From Octopus sinensis (Eukaryota), in the NCBI RefSeq assembly GCF_006345805.1, contig NC_043001.1:47120001-47184000 (forward strand): a DNA stretch of 64,000 nucleotides, given 5' to 3'. Below, piece after piece: positions 13,343 to 28,388 of the stretch. Position 1 is the first letter of the stretch, and each line of letters opens with the position of its first letter. The notes under the pieces are model-generated. The model searched no databases, was not told the origin of the DNA, and worked only from the letters and a program-made list of their open reading frames with translations. Both the position numbers and the translations under genes were made by a program.

Positions 13343-13908
13343 CGATGACGATGATGGTCATGATTTTGATGATAGTTGTGGTGGTACTGGTAGCTGTTGT
13401 GATGCAGGCAGTGGTGGTAGTGTTTCTGGAGGGTGATTGTGGTACCCAGGATGGCGATAGTTGTAGTGGTTGTGGCATTGGTGAAGTTTCTGGTGGTGGT
13501 GGAGGCGGTGGTGGTGGTGGTGGTGGTGGTGGTGGTGAGAGCGACGAAGGAGATGGCAACGACGATGGTGGTGGGGCGGTGGCGGCGGCGTTGGCTGTGA
13601 TGATGATGATGATGATGATGACTATAGCAGTCTCGACGGAGGTAATGATGATAAAGGTGATTATGTCACATTAATTATTAATGATGAAGATGATGATGAT
13701 GAGGAGGAGGATAATGACGATGATGGCAGTGGTGGCGGTGGTGATGGTGGGAATAGGGGGATGGTATCGGTGATAATTGTAACGATGATGATTGAAGCAG
13801 TGGAAGCGATATTCTTTTTTGCTGAATAGATAATATAGAAAGTTCAGCAGTTTGAAATAACAAATGCCACAGTGACGTAATTCAGAGAGAGAGAGACAGA
13901 CAGATGGA

Positions 13909-13953
<45 letters not shown>

Positions 13954-14065
13954 GGGGAGAGAGAGAAGTTACATAGATAAATGATTTATTTTGTTTATAT
14001 ATATCGTAGAGGTGATGTCGGGGGGAAGGAGCTGTTTTAGTTACTATTTTTGTTCATTGTTTCGC

Positions 14066-14150
<85 letters not shown>

Positions 14151-14450
14151 CATCAAAATCATCATCATCATCATCATCAAAATCATCATCATCGCCGTCG
14201 TCGTCATCGTCGTCGTCGTCATCATCATCGTCATCATCATCATCATCAAAATCATCGTCATCGTCATCGTCATCGTCATCATCATCATCATCATCAAAAT
14301 CATCATCGTCGTCGTCGTCGTCGTCATCATCATCGTCATCATCATCATCATCATCGTCATCGTCATCGTCATCGTCATCATCATCACCATTATCATCACC
14401 ATCATCATCATCGTCATCGTCATCGTCGTCGTCGTCATTTCAAACAAGCA
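13075..14450. repeat. Long trinucleotide arrays (GAT)n, (GGT)n, (CAT)n and an (AG)n tract
   Basis: Read directly from the sequence; these are the source of the poly-M/D/S/I ORFs. Confidence 0.95.
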
Positions 14451-14891
14451 CAAAATTCCAGATTATTGCTCGGGACATGGGAGGTCAATGCATTTCCTGT
14501 ATTTCTTGTCCAACCAAAGTAAAACACCATATACGAATCCTGTCCCTCCCCACCCACCCCTAAGGGGTGGGGGTAGAAGCATTATCAACGTGAAAATACG
14601 AATATATTTAAATAACATGCACAATTTAACACAATGTTTTAAAGGTCGAGAGAATTGGAAAGTCAGCGAATACACACACAAAACCCACCCACCCACACAC
14701 ACACACATTTATAATATAAGATATGGATTCAGAGAAGCGTGTGGTTATTACAGAAAGCTCCACTGACAGAGCAGAACCGTTGGTGTGACCATGGTGTTTT
14801 AGTGATCCGACGAGCTACCTTTCTTTATTGGCACTGATTTGTGAATATATGTATGTGTATTGTATAATGCAGAACATGCGCATTAATGCAA

Positions 14892-15188
<297 letters not shown>

Positions 15189-15190
15189 TG

Positions 15191-18100
15191 TTTCTTTATT
15201 AGCCACACAGGGCTGCACACAGATAGAACAAATTACAAGGTAGAGCTTTTCTTTTGAAGGTTAAAAAAAAAAAAAAGGAAGGGGAGTTTCGATCAAAAGG
15301 GATCGTAAAAGGAGAGAGAGGACAAAAAAAGGGGGTAAAAAAAAAAGGGGGAGAGGAAAAAAAAAATTGATCAATAGGGATCGTTATCACAGAAATGTCA
15401 ATATGAAGTGTAAAGGGGAGGACAGGTGAGGTTTACCCGTGGAAAGAAAAGCCTACGGAAAAGACCACGGTAACCTCGGTCAATGAGTCACATTTATATT
15501 TCTTTTTTTTTTTTTGCAAATAAGCAACTCTCTGTTTTCATTTTCTGGGTTCATAGGATCATGCTCAAGGTGGCTTCGTCATTCATACGTGCCATTCTTG
15601 CTACATTCACCCATCTTTTTTTAAAACATTCGCTAGACAAAACTTGCCTCTCTACTCTCACTTCCTTTTCAAGTGGTACTTGAAGAAGTTGATGAGAGAT
15701 TACCAGAGAGGAAAGTGTTTGTCTCCAATCCTTTCAGACGCGTCCACCAGATACATTCTTTCGTCATAGCCACAAGGATGATGAAAAAGCTCTTCCTTCC
15801 CGTTTGAAGGAGGGAGGCGTGACAATATTAACGATAGACTCAGCTGATAAGCCGACTCGTCCCACACGTGACAGCAGTTGTTCGACACAAGCCCACAGGT
15901 CGGAAATTGTTGGACACTGCACGAGTGCGTGCAGAACGGTTTCGTCGCTCTGACCGCATCTCGGGCAGGTCGGCCCCGTGTTTCTCGAGCCGTGTCTGTA
16001 GAGCTTATCCCGAACGGGTAGCGTTTCTCGGTAGCACTGCCAGGCCAGGGATCTCTGGAAGTTGTCCATGGGTCCTGGCCCGAAAGTCGTCCTGAACAGG
16101 CGGGTCAGGTACTCCTCGTCGACGTCCAGGTTCGCCCCGAGCTCGTCGTCGTACCTCCCCTCCACTAAACCCCTATAGAATGCTTTGGTTGTGTTGAAGT
16201 CACTCAAGGTCGACCCAGGACGGCAGAGTTGCTTGAGAGCAACGCGACACTCGCGGTGCCATTCGCCCTTCCTTCGGCCTCTTTTTGATCCACGACTGCA
16301 GTTCGGTCATGGAGACGAGCTGCGGGAAAGCGTGCCTCACAAACGGCGACCACACCTGTTCACCGTCGTCTACATAGAGCCAGAGATGTCGCAGTCTCAG
16401 CGCGTGTCTGCGCATCATCAACCACGGCATGCCCAGCCCTCCTTTTAACGGGTGTTTGACAGCAAATGGATCGCCTGACCATCGGGACGCATCCTTTCCA
16501 CAAGAAGCGAAAGAGAATGCATTGTAGTTTGTGATGGTAGGGTCGGGACAATGTACGACGGTCAGGCGGTAGTAGATGACGGACGCGATGTACGTGTTCG
16601 CCACCTCCGCCCGACCTTTTAGGGACAGTTTCCTCTCTCGGCCCATTGCCGGGCGAGAGTGACCACCCACTCGTTATCTCGTTCCAGTTCTTCTCCACTT
16701 GGAGTCCGACACAAACCAGACCCCGAGCAACTCAACCGGGCCGTCGGTCCAGCGTCCCACGACGGAGGCGCTGGTGGCGGCATGGGCTTGCTTCTCCAGG
16801 TGCCTAGTCGCAAGCCCACTGACTTTTCCCGGTTGATTTTTCGCTCCTGTCACCGCTTCGTAGTTTTCAGTGTCTCGCCGACCTGCTCGATGTGCTCGTG
16901 GCTAGACACTATGACGGTGACGTCGTCTGCGTATGCAGACACGCTCGTCCCGCATCCCAGTTCTCGCGGGATGCCTCTCAAGAGTGCCAGCTTCCGCAAT
17001 AATGGCTCGAGAGTCAATACGTATAGAAGCGACGAGAGGGGGCATCCCTGACGGACCGAACGTGCGATGTCGAAGGTCTCGATAGATGTCCATTCACGCG
17101 AATTACCGAACGGATGCCTCTGTACAAAGCGGCTATCCAGCCGCGGAAGACGGGACCGAAGCCAGCCGCTCCGAGGACCGCCTCCAAGTATCGATGGTCC
17201 ACCCTATCGAAAGCTTTCGATTGATCCAATTGATCAGCGCCCCACCCATGCCAGGTTCGTTAACTACCCTGTCTATGATGTAGCGCATCAGGTGGAGGTT
17301 GTCATGGATGGTCCGGCCTGGCACGGCGCATGTTTGCGCCTGTCGACCAGTTTCTCGATGACAAGCGCCAACCTCTTGGCTAGCACCTTGGCCAAAATTT
17401 TCAAGTCTGCATTAAGCAGAGTGATGGGCCTAAAGTTATCTATTACATTTCCCTTGTTTAGATCTTTCTTCAGCAGTGTTACGGCTCCTCGGCTCACAAA
17501 ACCAGGAATGCTCTTGTTTTGCTGCCAGTTGCAGTACACCGCCGCCAAGAGATCTCCAAACAAGTCTGGCATACAATTGTAAAGCTCGTAGGCAGACCAT
17601 CCAAACCCGTGATTTGTCCCCGAGCATTCTGCATCGCTTCCCTTGCACTTCCGCCGCCGTGATGGCACCTTCGCAGCACCCTGCCTTTCTTGTCGAGAGT
17701 CGTGGTAGGCTATGTAGGTAGGCACTGAAGTCCACCCTACGTTCTTGCCCTCCACTCGTTCCGAACAGTCGGGCAAAATGCTGCTGAAAGGCCTCACACA
17801 TTTTACTTGGCTCGAGCAATTCGCGCCCCTGTTCATCTACCAGGACCGAATGGTGGCTTTGTTGCCCTGTTGCGCTCTGCCACCCGGGCCTCTCTCGCGG
17901 CTCCAACACCTTCGTTCCTTAGAGCACGCATCCTAGCTCTGACAGCACTCCTTCGTGTTTGGCGTAGAATGTTGGTCGAGGGCCAACCTCGCCGCCAAAA
18001 CGTCGGATGCGATGCCGCTTCTAATTGCCTCTTCTAGCTTCTTAACTAGCTCACCCTTTACTCTATTTCTATCTATGGCTAGTGCTTTGCTGTTACCTAA

Positions 18101-20164
18101 TCGCTTCTGCTTTTACTGCTCTCTTGAGGGCAACCACCATTTGTTGTTGATGATGGCTCCCGTCAAACCCTCTTTACTAGTGTGCTAATCCGTCTCTGAA
18201 ACCTGTCTCGATGGGAAAGACGCGTTTAGTTTCCAGTATCCGGGACCCTGCCTAAGGTCTTACCTAAGTCTAGCGTACATGTCACAAGTTTGTGATCCGT
18301 GTAGCTGACTATGTGGAATTGTGGACATCCTATGCTATCTCTGTCTACTGTCCTACACAGTATCCTATCTAGATACGATCTCGACGACCCGATGCAGTTG
18401 CTCCATGTCCACGTTGGCGCATTCGGGTGGTCTAGTCGGAACCTGTCAGACAGTTGAAAGCGTCTGAGCAGGTGTCTGAGGCATTTGCATCCCCGTCTAT
18501 TCCTATCTCTACCACGTAGTCTACATGCGTGTCCAAGGTAGCATTCCAATCCCCCACTAAGAGTAAAGGACGAGACGTTCCCAAGATACTTCTAGACGTT
18601 GAAAGAAATCCGCCGACCTGTTAAGGGCGGTGCGTAGACTGATACGAGTCGAAAAGCGCACCCATTGCTGCCGTCGACATCCAGGACGACCAGTCTACCC
18701 CCCGGGTCTACGAATATTGTCCTTACTTGAGATCCAGACTCTTGTGAAAAAGTACCGCGTGTGCCACTACCGCCCATTCTCGGCAGACAGGGGGAAAATA
18801 AATGTTGAACTGTCCGCCAAACATGGTCTTTAGGGCCCGCGGATTGTGGAGTCTGGTCTCACTTATGGCTATGATTTCTAACTTATTTGACTTTATGTCA
18901 TTTAAGAGGTACCCTTGTTTCCAAGGGGACCCCAAGCCACGCGCATTTACACAACCAATCTTGATCATAGTCCTAATGAATTCGAATACAAGTGAAGGAA
19001 CAGAGGGTTACTTACTGCTCGAAAGTTTTTGCTTCTCCTCCTTGGTTTGTCCTCGAGGAGATCCAGTACAGTTTCTTTGTGAGATATTTTTGGCATTTAC
19101 CAACCGCGCTGGGGAAAATGCCTTTGAGTGTGTGGTGCAGACTTTTGGAGATGTGTAATATTTTGATGTGGTCTGGTGGTGTTGTGTATGGGTGATTGTT
19201 TGTTTTTATTCATCTTCTGTTATGTTTGTTTTTGATTGGATGTATTCCATCAAATTTGTGTTTTTGGTGTCTATAGCTGTGAGCATGTTTGCTGTATATA
19301 TTTTTGTGTGTTGGTGTGGCTGTTGTTTGCGTTGGGTTTTGAAATGTCTTCGTGAGATGTATTTCCCCCTGCTTTGTTCGTGTTTGCATTTGGTTTGGTT
19401 GTGTTTCTGCTCTTATTTTCCTTCTTTTGTAGCTATTTGCCATTCCTCACTGGTTTCGTCTTCCGACGAAATTTCTGAGGAATCAGTAGGGGATAGGGGT
19501 ATGTTGTGGGCTTCTATGTATGTCTGTGTAAGTGGTTGTGTTGTTGTTTTCGTTGTTGTTGGTTGTTGAGTGTTTGTGTGTGTTGAGTGTGCGGTATAAG
19601 GGATGGGGATCAGTTTGTGTGTGGTTTTCTTTGTTTTTCTGTTCCTTTGGGTTTTGCTGTTGTTGGTGGTGTTGGTATTTTTTCAGGGTTGAGTGGTTTT
19701 TTGGTTGATGACGGATTAGCTTGGTGGCTTCTCTTGTCGTCTTCTGTTTGATGGTGGTGTGGGTAGTAGAGCTTTTTTTCCGAGTGTTTTGGTTGTGGTA
19801 GTGGTGTTGTTGTTGCTCTTGGTGTGCGCGTGTTGGGCACGTCTTTTTCAAGTGTGTTTCGCTTCCACACAAATAGCAGCGTGGTCGCCTGCCCTCTACC
19901 ACTATATAGAGTTTGTAGCCTCCTGGCAGTTCTATAGCGGTGGTTATCTTCTCTCTTGCTGCTTCATCCAATGAAGCAGGAATTCGATTGATTTGCCCAC
20001 TAGTCTTTCTCTCTCTAGAACCGCGATTTCCAGGATGTTTGTCTCTGACATTGTCTCTGTCATTTCAAAGCAGATGGCAGAGACCAACATTGTGTTTCGA
20101 CTTCAAATGGTATGTTTTTTATTTGGACTTTCGTGACCCTTTTGTTTAAATAGACTGGTATCAT

Positions 20165-20165
<1 letters not shown>
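15191..20165 (-). mobile_element. L1/Tx1-clade non-LTR retrotransposon, about 5 kb, truncated inside ORF1, frameshifted ORF2
   Basis: ORF1 carries a zinc knuckle CYLCGSETHLKKTC (ORF 19483-19971). ORF2 shows an APE endonuclease start MIKIGCVNARGL...IIAISETR (18723-18968), NFRPITLLNADLKILAK, DQSKAFDRVDHRYL, YADD at 16922-16933 and a C-terminal CPRCGQSDETVLHALVQCP. The 3' UTR ends AATAAAGAAA. Confidence 0.95.

Positions 20166-20253
<88 letters not shown>
20166..20253. repeat. (GATA)n array at the 5' junction of the Tx1 LINE
   Basis: Read directly; same orientation as the array at 14970-15188. Confidence 0.95.
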
Positions 20254-20479
20254 GAAATTAGGTATGTAGATAAATAAGTTGCACTATGACCTGTGCCATC
20301 GTTCTGTCGTGCCGCTGAGAATTTTCAATGACTCAGATGGACTGCATTGGTTTGAAAGAACAAATGCACGAGATGATACGCGAAAATAGTCGGTTGGCAA
20401 ATCTGATGTTATTTGGAATTAAAGTTGGGAAATTTGGGTAATTTTAGCCAATCAACAGACAGCGCGGCATTAGCAGCTT

Positions 20480-20558
20480 GTTACCATGACAACCGTACGC
20501 TGTGTGTTTCACTTCACCCATGTCTTTGCCGCACGTAATTTATGATTTATGACAGCTG
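20480..20558 (+). promoter_or_regulatory. Candidate regulatory cluster: RFX X-box and Pbx-Hox/Meis composite site
   Basis: GTTACCATGACAAC (20480-20493) fits GTHNYY-AT-RRNAAC. TGATTTAT (20543-20550) overlaps TGACAG (20550-20555). A CCAAT lies about 30 bp upstream. These are motif matches only. Confidence 0.35.
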
Positions 20559-21021
20559 GATTAATGATTTCATTAGGTATTTAAACCCCTGTAACTTTTT
20601 CATCCCATTTTTTTTTCTCCATATCATACCTTCATAGAAATGAGACTGGAAGACTACATTATTATAACCGATTTTCAGATTTTTCCTTTAAAAAAACGCA
20701 TATTTTGCAAATCAGTTTTACTGGATCCGATTCCAGTGCAAATATGCCAGTCGGTGTTGTTACCGATATAGGAAAACAGCTTCTCCTTTACGACGACTAT
20801 GTCTTCGTGACGCCCTCGATTCATTAGTATAAAGGATTTTGGGACACCGCTGTTTAGACATGCTGTATCTCGTCAGCCCAGAAGTATCTGATCCGATGAA
20901 TCTAACAAGAGCCGTTGCCCTTCATTATAATTTCAATGAACAAACTGTTTGTTGATCCGTGCCGATGTCTGCCAACTCTCGTATCAGATAAATCGATATT
21001 TACATGGGGAACAGCGAGTAT

Positions 21022-21113
<92 letters not shown>

Positions 21114-21447
21114 TTCGTGCGTGCGTGCATGCGTATGATTGCAAGCGCGGTTGGTAGTCGAAAACAGGACGTCACCAAAATTTCAGAAGTTGTTTTTCAT
21201 CTCTGACACTTCTGCATCTACGATTGTTCCCCGTGGTCTTCATGACTGATGGATGCCACCAACACACACACACATACACAAACACACATGCACACACACA
21301 CATACATACATACACTCTCATACACACACACACAAATGATCAGACAAGCAGACAGACAGACAATCAGAGAGACGGGCAGATAGACAGACAGACAGATAGA
21401 TATATAGATAGATAGACAGACAGACAAACAGACGGACAGACGGACGG

Positions 21448-21481
<34 letters not shown>

Positions 21482-21500
21482 AGATAGCTAGCTAGCTAGC

Positions 21501-21565
<65 letters not shown>

Positions 21566-22980
21566 CGCCTTTCGTTGTTGAATGCACAAGACGTGTAGTT
21601 CCCTCGTTACCTTTCCTACTAGCTGAGCTAGTGGGCAGGCATGGGAAACTGTCAGCTGAAATACTTGAGCACTTGCTTAAAGACCTTTTGTCTCTGTCAC
21701 TGTCTACTACTGGATCGCGCCGACCCTTTTTTCGGAACGGCAATTTGAATTCTGAATACAATGAATCGAAATGGCTCCAAACCAAAGCATCTCCGATGAG
21801 CCAACGTCCCGCCAATTCACCGCTCTGGGTTGGTACTATATGTATTCGCCCTGAGAAAATGACTCAGGCGGGATTTGAACTCAGAAGTACATTTTTCCAA
21901 TGTATCCTTTCCCAATTAGGCATAGGAGTTATAAACAGGTAGCGCTGAAGGTATCAGCTAAGGAATCAAATAGTAATTTGCTTTTTAGGGCTTAAAACTT
22001 ACTTCAACCGTTCTCTGCTTTTTTTTTTTCAAACCTACTTCCACCGCATATCTGCAGAAAAAAACTTTTGGAGAGCCTACATATGGTCGCTCGGTCTGCG
22101 AGAAATAGCAACCAAATCTTCATCAAATTACAGCCTGTTATCTTTGAAAATGAAGGTTAAATAGCGCTTCTGTAACACTATCCTATTTGGATTTAGAATG
22201 AATGGTAGTTGTTGAAATACTTTGATCATAAAAGTTTACTCTTTAAGTTGCTGATCTGGAGGTTAAACAATAACATCTGTGAAATGTGGTTAACCATTCC
22301 TATCTTTCTTAAGTCTGCTGTATAAATACAAGAGCAGAGCGTTGCGAAACCTGTTTGAAGCCGATTTTCTAACACTTGCGCGCTTGCACTACGATACGCG
22401 CGCGCGCACACATACAGACACGCAAACACACATATACACACACATAGAGGGATGTACGTGGGTAAACGAGCGTGTATATACACCTACAAACATGCATAAA
22501 TACACATGCACACACTCGAACATTCACTCACATACACGTGGCTAGATAGACAGGCAGATAGATAGATAGATATGCATGTATACATGTGTGTATATTCGTG
22601 TTAGTAAAAGAATAAAAATACACGCACACAAATATATATATAAATATATATATAAATATATATAGGTAGGTAGATAGATAGATAGATAGATAGATAGATA
22701 TTAATACAAATATTAGTGTGTGTTTGTGTGTGTTTATTTAGTATTCTGTATAACGGCACCAATTAACACCTGGACTGCTCTGTACATTTGGGAGTGTAGA
22801 TATACAGGTGATGGCGGTGGTCGCAGTGGCAACGGTTGTGGCAGTTGGTGTAAGCAGCTCTGTTAGAGGTTGTGGTGAAAATTCTTAACCTCCCACGCTT
22901 CCTCCTCCTCTTCAATCCATCCCCACCACCACCACCTACTTCTTTCTCTTCTTCTTCTTCTTCTTCTCCTCCTCCTTCTT

Positions 22981-23026
<46 letters not shown>

Positions 23027-24259
23027 ACTACTACTACTACCCCAACAAAAACAAGGATGCCCCCTCCACATGTCGATGTCAACTGTTGACGAAGAAGAAG
23101 AAGAAGAAGAAGAAGAAGAAGAAGAAGAAGAAGAAGAAGAAGAACAACAACAACAACAACAACAACAACAGCAACAACAACAACAACTACAATAACAAAA
23201 ACAACAACAGTAACAGAAGCAGCACCAAAAAAACCTGTTAGACTCATTTATATGACACTCGTGTGACACCCATCTTCTATTCAATTATTCTAGAAGTTTT
23301 ACAGGTTTGCAGGTTTTATATAAGGTATTTTTAGGGAAATGTGATATATTTTGGCTGAAGAATCAAAAGCGCCTTTCTCCACGTTATTCCTCGTTCTGTC
23401 ACTGAATAACCAAAAGCCATCTGATTCTCTGACGAAAGCCGTCTGTGTGAAATTTCATAGACTGAATCTGTGATGAAGATTGTCGTATTCGTTTCTTTTT
23501 ATACTTGTTTCAGTCATTTGACTGCGGCCATGCTAGAGCACCGCCTTAAAGGGTTTTAGTCGAACAAATCGACACCAGGACTTATTCTTTGTAAGCGTAG
23601 TATTTATTCTATCGGTCTCTGCCAAACCCGCTAATTTACGGGGACGTAAACGCACCAACATCGGTTGTAATGTTTTGGTTTGGGGACAACAGATACAAAG
23701 ACACACGGATGTACATACATACATACATACATACATACATACATACATACATACATAACATACATACAGATATATATACACATACATACATAATACATAT
23801 ATATAATATATATTATATATATGAGACATACTTATCTACATGGCCGCGAAACAGCTGTAAGATGTAATCTATACTTATATTTATATTATATTTATATTCT
23901 CTTTTATATATATTCTACTTATTATACACATTACTCTTTTATGTACACTTTTTTATGTACATTCCTTTATGTACACTGATTTTGTTCTGCTTTTATATTT
24001 AACCCTACAGTCTCTATGTGGTGGTTTAATAAAGTATGTGATTGAGTTTTATCTGGTAATTGATATTTGATTATGATGTATTTCTCCATTTTCTTATCTT
24101 GTATTAGTAATTTGTGGTAAATCATTGTACCTTTGCCCATATAATACAGAAATGAATTGATTGCATCGCAATCATTAACATTTATGTATTAACTTTGTTG
24201 GGTACTTCACTAGCAGTTATTGGATTGCATTTACAACCCCTATCTCAATTTGTATATAT

Positions 24260-24315
<56 letters not shown>

Positions 24316-24530
24316 TATATATAAATATATATATATATTATAAAATGAGATAGGGGTTGAAAAATTCACCCACCATGGGATAAATATATCCAATATACTG
24401 GTATAATGCCTTTACTGATATGTAATGGTGTAATAAAAGTATTGATTGGGTTATCATCTGTTAGTTGATTGTTTTATGATTTAAGTATGTTTCTCCATTT
24501 TCTAATTTTGTATATATAATATATATATAA

Positions 24531-24573
<43 letters not shown>

Positions 24574-24647
24574 TATACACATATTATATATATATATAAA
24601 CATAGATATATATATACATACATATATACATACAATATATATATCTA

Positions 24648-24693
<46 letters not shown>

Positions 24694-24699
24694 TACATA

Positions 24700-24741
<42 letters not shown>

Positions 24742-25478
24742 CATATACATATACATATAATATTATATCCTATATACTAACTATATATATATAAAGAAAT
24801 AGAAAATGGAGAGGTTAAACAATCAACAAACGTCAGCCTGTAACATTCAATTATATCTATTTATTAATTGATCACAATCATATGTATAAGTGATCCAAAT
24901 AAACAACTGAAACAAGCAAATATATAAATAATTAAATAAATAAATAAATAAATAAAAATAAATAAATGAATGAAGAAACACTAAACCCTTACAGCTGTTT
25001 CTACCATGGGGTTGCCCAATCTGCCAAGTTTGCCACAATATACAGGGATATACAGGGATTGTACAATTGTTGAACAGACATTGGACAGGGATCCAACTTA
25101 ACCAGAATAACTCCCATTGTAATTAACTCTATAAGTTTACAATTTTATAACTGCACTACCTCATACAGTTATAATACCACATAGGGTCCATTATCTTCTC
25201 TAAGCTCTACCCCTATCCTATCATTAATACCTTCTGTTTCTCTCTATAATTGAAAATAACCTCAGCTTTACTTTAAGTGTCTAAATATCTCTCTGCACCC
25301 CCAACATTGGAACGCAATGCACAGTTACCCCGCTTCAATTGTAGTCTCTAAGTCTGAAAATATTTTCATTTATTCATTCATTTTCACGTTTGCTCTTCTA
25401 TAATTTGAAATTATAACTTAGATCTATCCATAACGGAATAACATTTCCTAAATCTTACTTTAGTGCATAATTTCTCTC

Positions 25479-25830
25479 GGATCTTTTCACTTTGACCGGC
25501 AGATTTTAAAAATAATTTTTTGTAACTAAACACTTTTAAATCGAGATACTGGTTTAGATGTGTCACAATAAAACATATTTTTCTCTTGGCGTTCTTGAGA
25601 AAATTCTGTAGTTTGTAAGCTATTTGTTGTTAAATTTAGATGTCATTGATTGGTTGAAATTGCTGAAATACGAGAAATTTAACAACAAATAGCTTAGAAA
25701 CTACAGAATTTTCTCAAGAACGCCAAGAAAAAAAGATGTTTTATGTGACACATTCTACTAGTATACGAAGTTTAAAAGTGTTTAGTTACAAAAAAATATT
25801 TTAAATCTGCCGGTCAAAGTGAAAAGATCC
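25479..25830. mobile_element. MITE with approximately 160-bp TIRs, GG...CC termini and an 8-bp TSD
   Basis: Starts GGATCTTTTCACTTTGACCGGCAGATTT and ends AAATCTGCCGGTCAAAGTGAAAAGATCC. The flanks are TTTCTCTC and TTTCTCTT. Confidence 0.9.
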
Positions 25831-26120
25831 TTTCTCTTTGCATTTTAATACGATAATATACTAATCGGCTAAGCTCTCTCCGATAAAGTCCAGCAGTGTT
25901 CATTTTTCCACTAATTGCTTCGTCCTTTATTTTTCTCGTTCAGACAATTACGTGTTAATTTGATATATATCTCAGATATATTCATAAAATATACTATATC
26001 CATAACCATAAGTAAAGTTCAAAGCCCATTCATTAAGACAATTCCTTAAGTATTTTAATTTTTTTTTTCGTTTGTTTTTACTTGTCTTGTATTTTATTGA
26101 TGGATTTAGCGGACCTGAAC

Positions 26121-26220
26121 NNNNNNNNNNNNNNNNNNNNNNNNNNNNNNNNNNNNNNNNNNNNNNNNNNNNNNNNNNNNNNNNNNNNNNNNNNNNNNNN
26201 NNNNNNNNNNNNNNNNNNNN
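26121..26220. other. Assembly gap (100 N)
   Basis: Run of N. Confidence 1.
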
Positions 26221-27040
26221 TTATAAAAAACCGGTTTTAAATAGACTATTTTATCTTTTTTTTCTCTCTATCACCAATTCTAAATCAAACAAAATGAAGG
26301 GTAATAAATTTGCGAGTGTATGTGTGACAGCGCACGCGTGTATGTGTGTGTGTGTGTGCGCGCGCGCCTCGTATACGCAAGGGTGCATTTTAAATGACTT
26401 ATTATCAGGATGTAACTGTTTCACTTGCAACACATGATCTCAGATTAAGTTACTTGCCAAACAAAAACAGCGCCAACATATATGCAAATGTATGTAGGAG
26501 CTTGTGTGTGCGTGTGCGCGCGCGTGTGTGTGTGTGTGTGTGCAGCCGATAGAATAAGCACCAGGCTTAAAAAAAATTAATTGATTCACTCGATTAAAGA
26601 GGTGATCAACGACTTTTTGATTAATTTGTTTATTAATCAACAGTTCGTAGCTTACTTGTTTACTTGATTGCCTGGTAAGTTGGCAGTAATGTAACGTGTT
26701 ATGCAATCTAATTGTTTTCTGCTCAAAAAACTCCTAATGAACCAATTGTAGCAAAACCAGATAACTAATTCGTCTGTTTTTATTGCATATGTATGTATGT
26801 ATGTATGTATGTGTATGTATGTATGTATGTATGTATGTATGTGTGTGTGTGTGTGTGTGTATGTGTCTGGTGACGTCTATAGTCGCCTGGGGCTAAATGC
26901 ATCACGTAACACCCCCACCACCCACCGCCCTGTCCCTAGCCACATTCAGATGGCTGATCCCGCTTATATTACAGAGCAGTTTACTGGTTATACCTCGCTC
27001 AGAGATTTATTATTGTTATATATATATATATATATATATA

Positions 27041-28340
27041 TATAAGAATGAATGTTTTTATATATAATGAACGTGAAATACAGGAAGGGACGAACACGGA
27101 ACACAGACAAATCATCGAAGCCTTCAATCTTCAGTCCGACACCGAATCATCATAGCAAATTTCGGCTGTTCAATTCTGATATTTGCTCCAACTCGGCCAG
27201 CCCCAAGAAAAAAAAAAAAAAAAAAAAAAAACTAAGCTGTAAGCATTAGATTTCTTGGTAGAAGACAGGAATGTGAACGCACAAGACGGATGTGAATACA
27301 AGAGACGAAAACGAAATTGAAAACAGTAATGAAAAAAACAAAACATATAGAACGGTGGTTGTCATACGACTTTAGACCAAATGAAGACAAAACAACAACA
27401 ACATAGCAGCTGGCGTAGAAATAATTACCGTTTCGGTAGGGGGACACATGTTGGTCGAGATACGAAGGCCAACAGAATGGTTGAGAGCAGCAGGTCGCAG
27501 GAGAGAGGAGAAAGAGAGACAGAGAGAGAGGGAATCAAAGAGGGTGGAAGGCAGGGGACAGAATCAGTGACCAAGAGAGAGGAGAAAGAAGGGATTAAGG
27601 AGGATGGGAGGAAGAGAGGGGAAGAATCGGAGGGCGCCAAAAAGTTTTGGTGAAGAAGCAATGGCGGGTAGTTAAAGACAGTGTGTATAGAAGTCGTGCA
27701 GGGTTAAAATTGGACAAACACACGGGGGGGGGGTGCACGTAACGCCGCAATAATATAAGAATGAATGTTTTTATATATAATGAACGTGAAATACAGGAAG
27801 GGACGAACACGGAACACAGACAAATCATCGAAGCCTTCAATCTTCAGTCAGACACCGAATCATCATAGCAAATTTCGGCTGTTCAATTCTGATATTTGCT
27901 CCAACTCGGCCAGCCCCAAGAAAAAAAAAAAAAAAAAAAACTAAGCTGTAAGCATTAGATTTCTTGGTAGAAGACAGGAATGTGAACGCACAAGACGGAT
28001 GTGAATACAAGAGACGAAAACGAAATTGAAAACAGTAATGAAAAAAACAAAACATATAGAACGGTGGTTGTCATACGACTTTAGACCAAATGAGACAAAA
28101 AACAACAACAACATAGCAGCTGGCGTAGAAATAATTACCGTTTCGGTAGCGGGGACACATGTTGGTCGAGATACGAAGGCCACCAGAAATGGTTTGAAGA
28201 AGCAGCAGGTCGCAGGAGAGAGAGAAAGAGAGACAGAGAGAGAGGGAATCAAAGAGGGTGGAAGGCAGGGGACAGAATCAGTGACCAAGAGAGGAGAAAG
28301 AAGGGATTAAGGAGGATGGGAGGAAGAGAGGGGAAGAATC
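27041..28340 (+). repeat. Tandem direct duplication (about 590 bp copied, period about 713 bp)
   Basis: TATAAGAATGAATGTTTTTATATATAATGAACGTG... starts at about 27041 and again at about 27754. The copies are near-identical up to GGGAAGAATC. Confidence 0.9.
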
Positions 28341-28350
28341 ATATATATAT

Positions 28351-28388
<38 letters not shown>

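Noticed and set aside
13062-14766. Long poly-M/D/S/I/H/P ORFs up to 238 aa
   Set aside because: Open frames arise trivially from stop-free trinucleotide arrays on several frames and both strands.
22763-23284. Poly-E/Q/T/S ORFs
   Set aside because: (CTT)(CTA)(GAA)(CAA) arrays with no domain signal.
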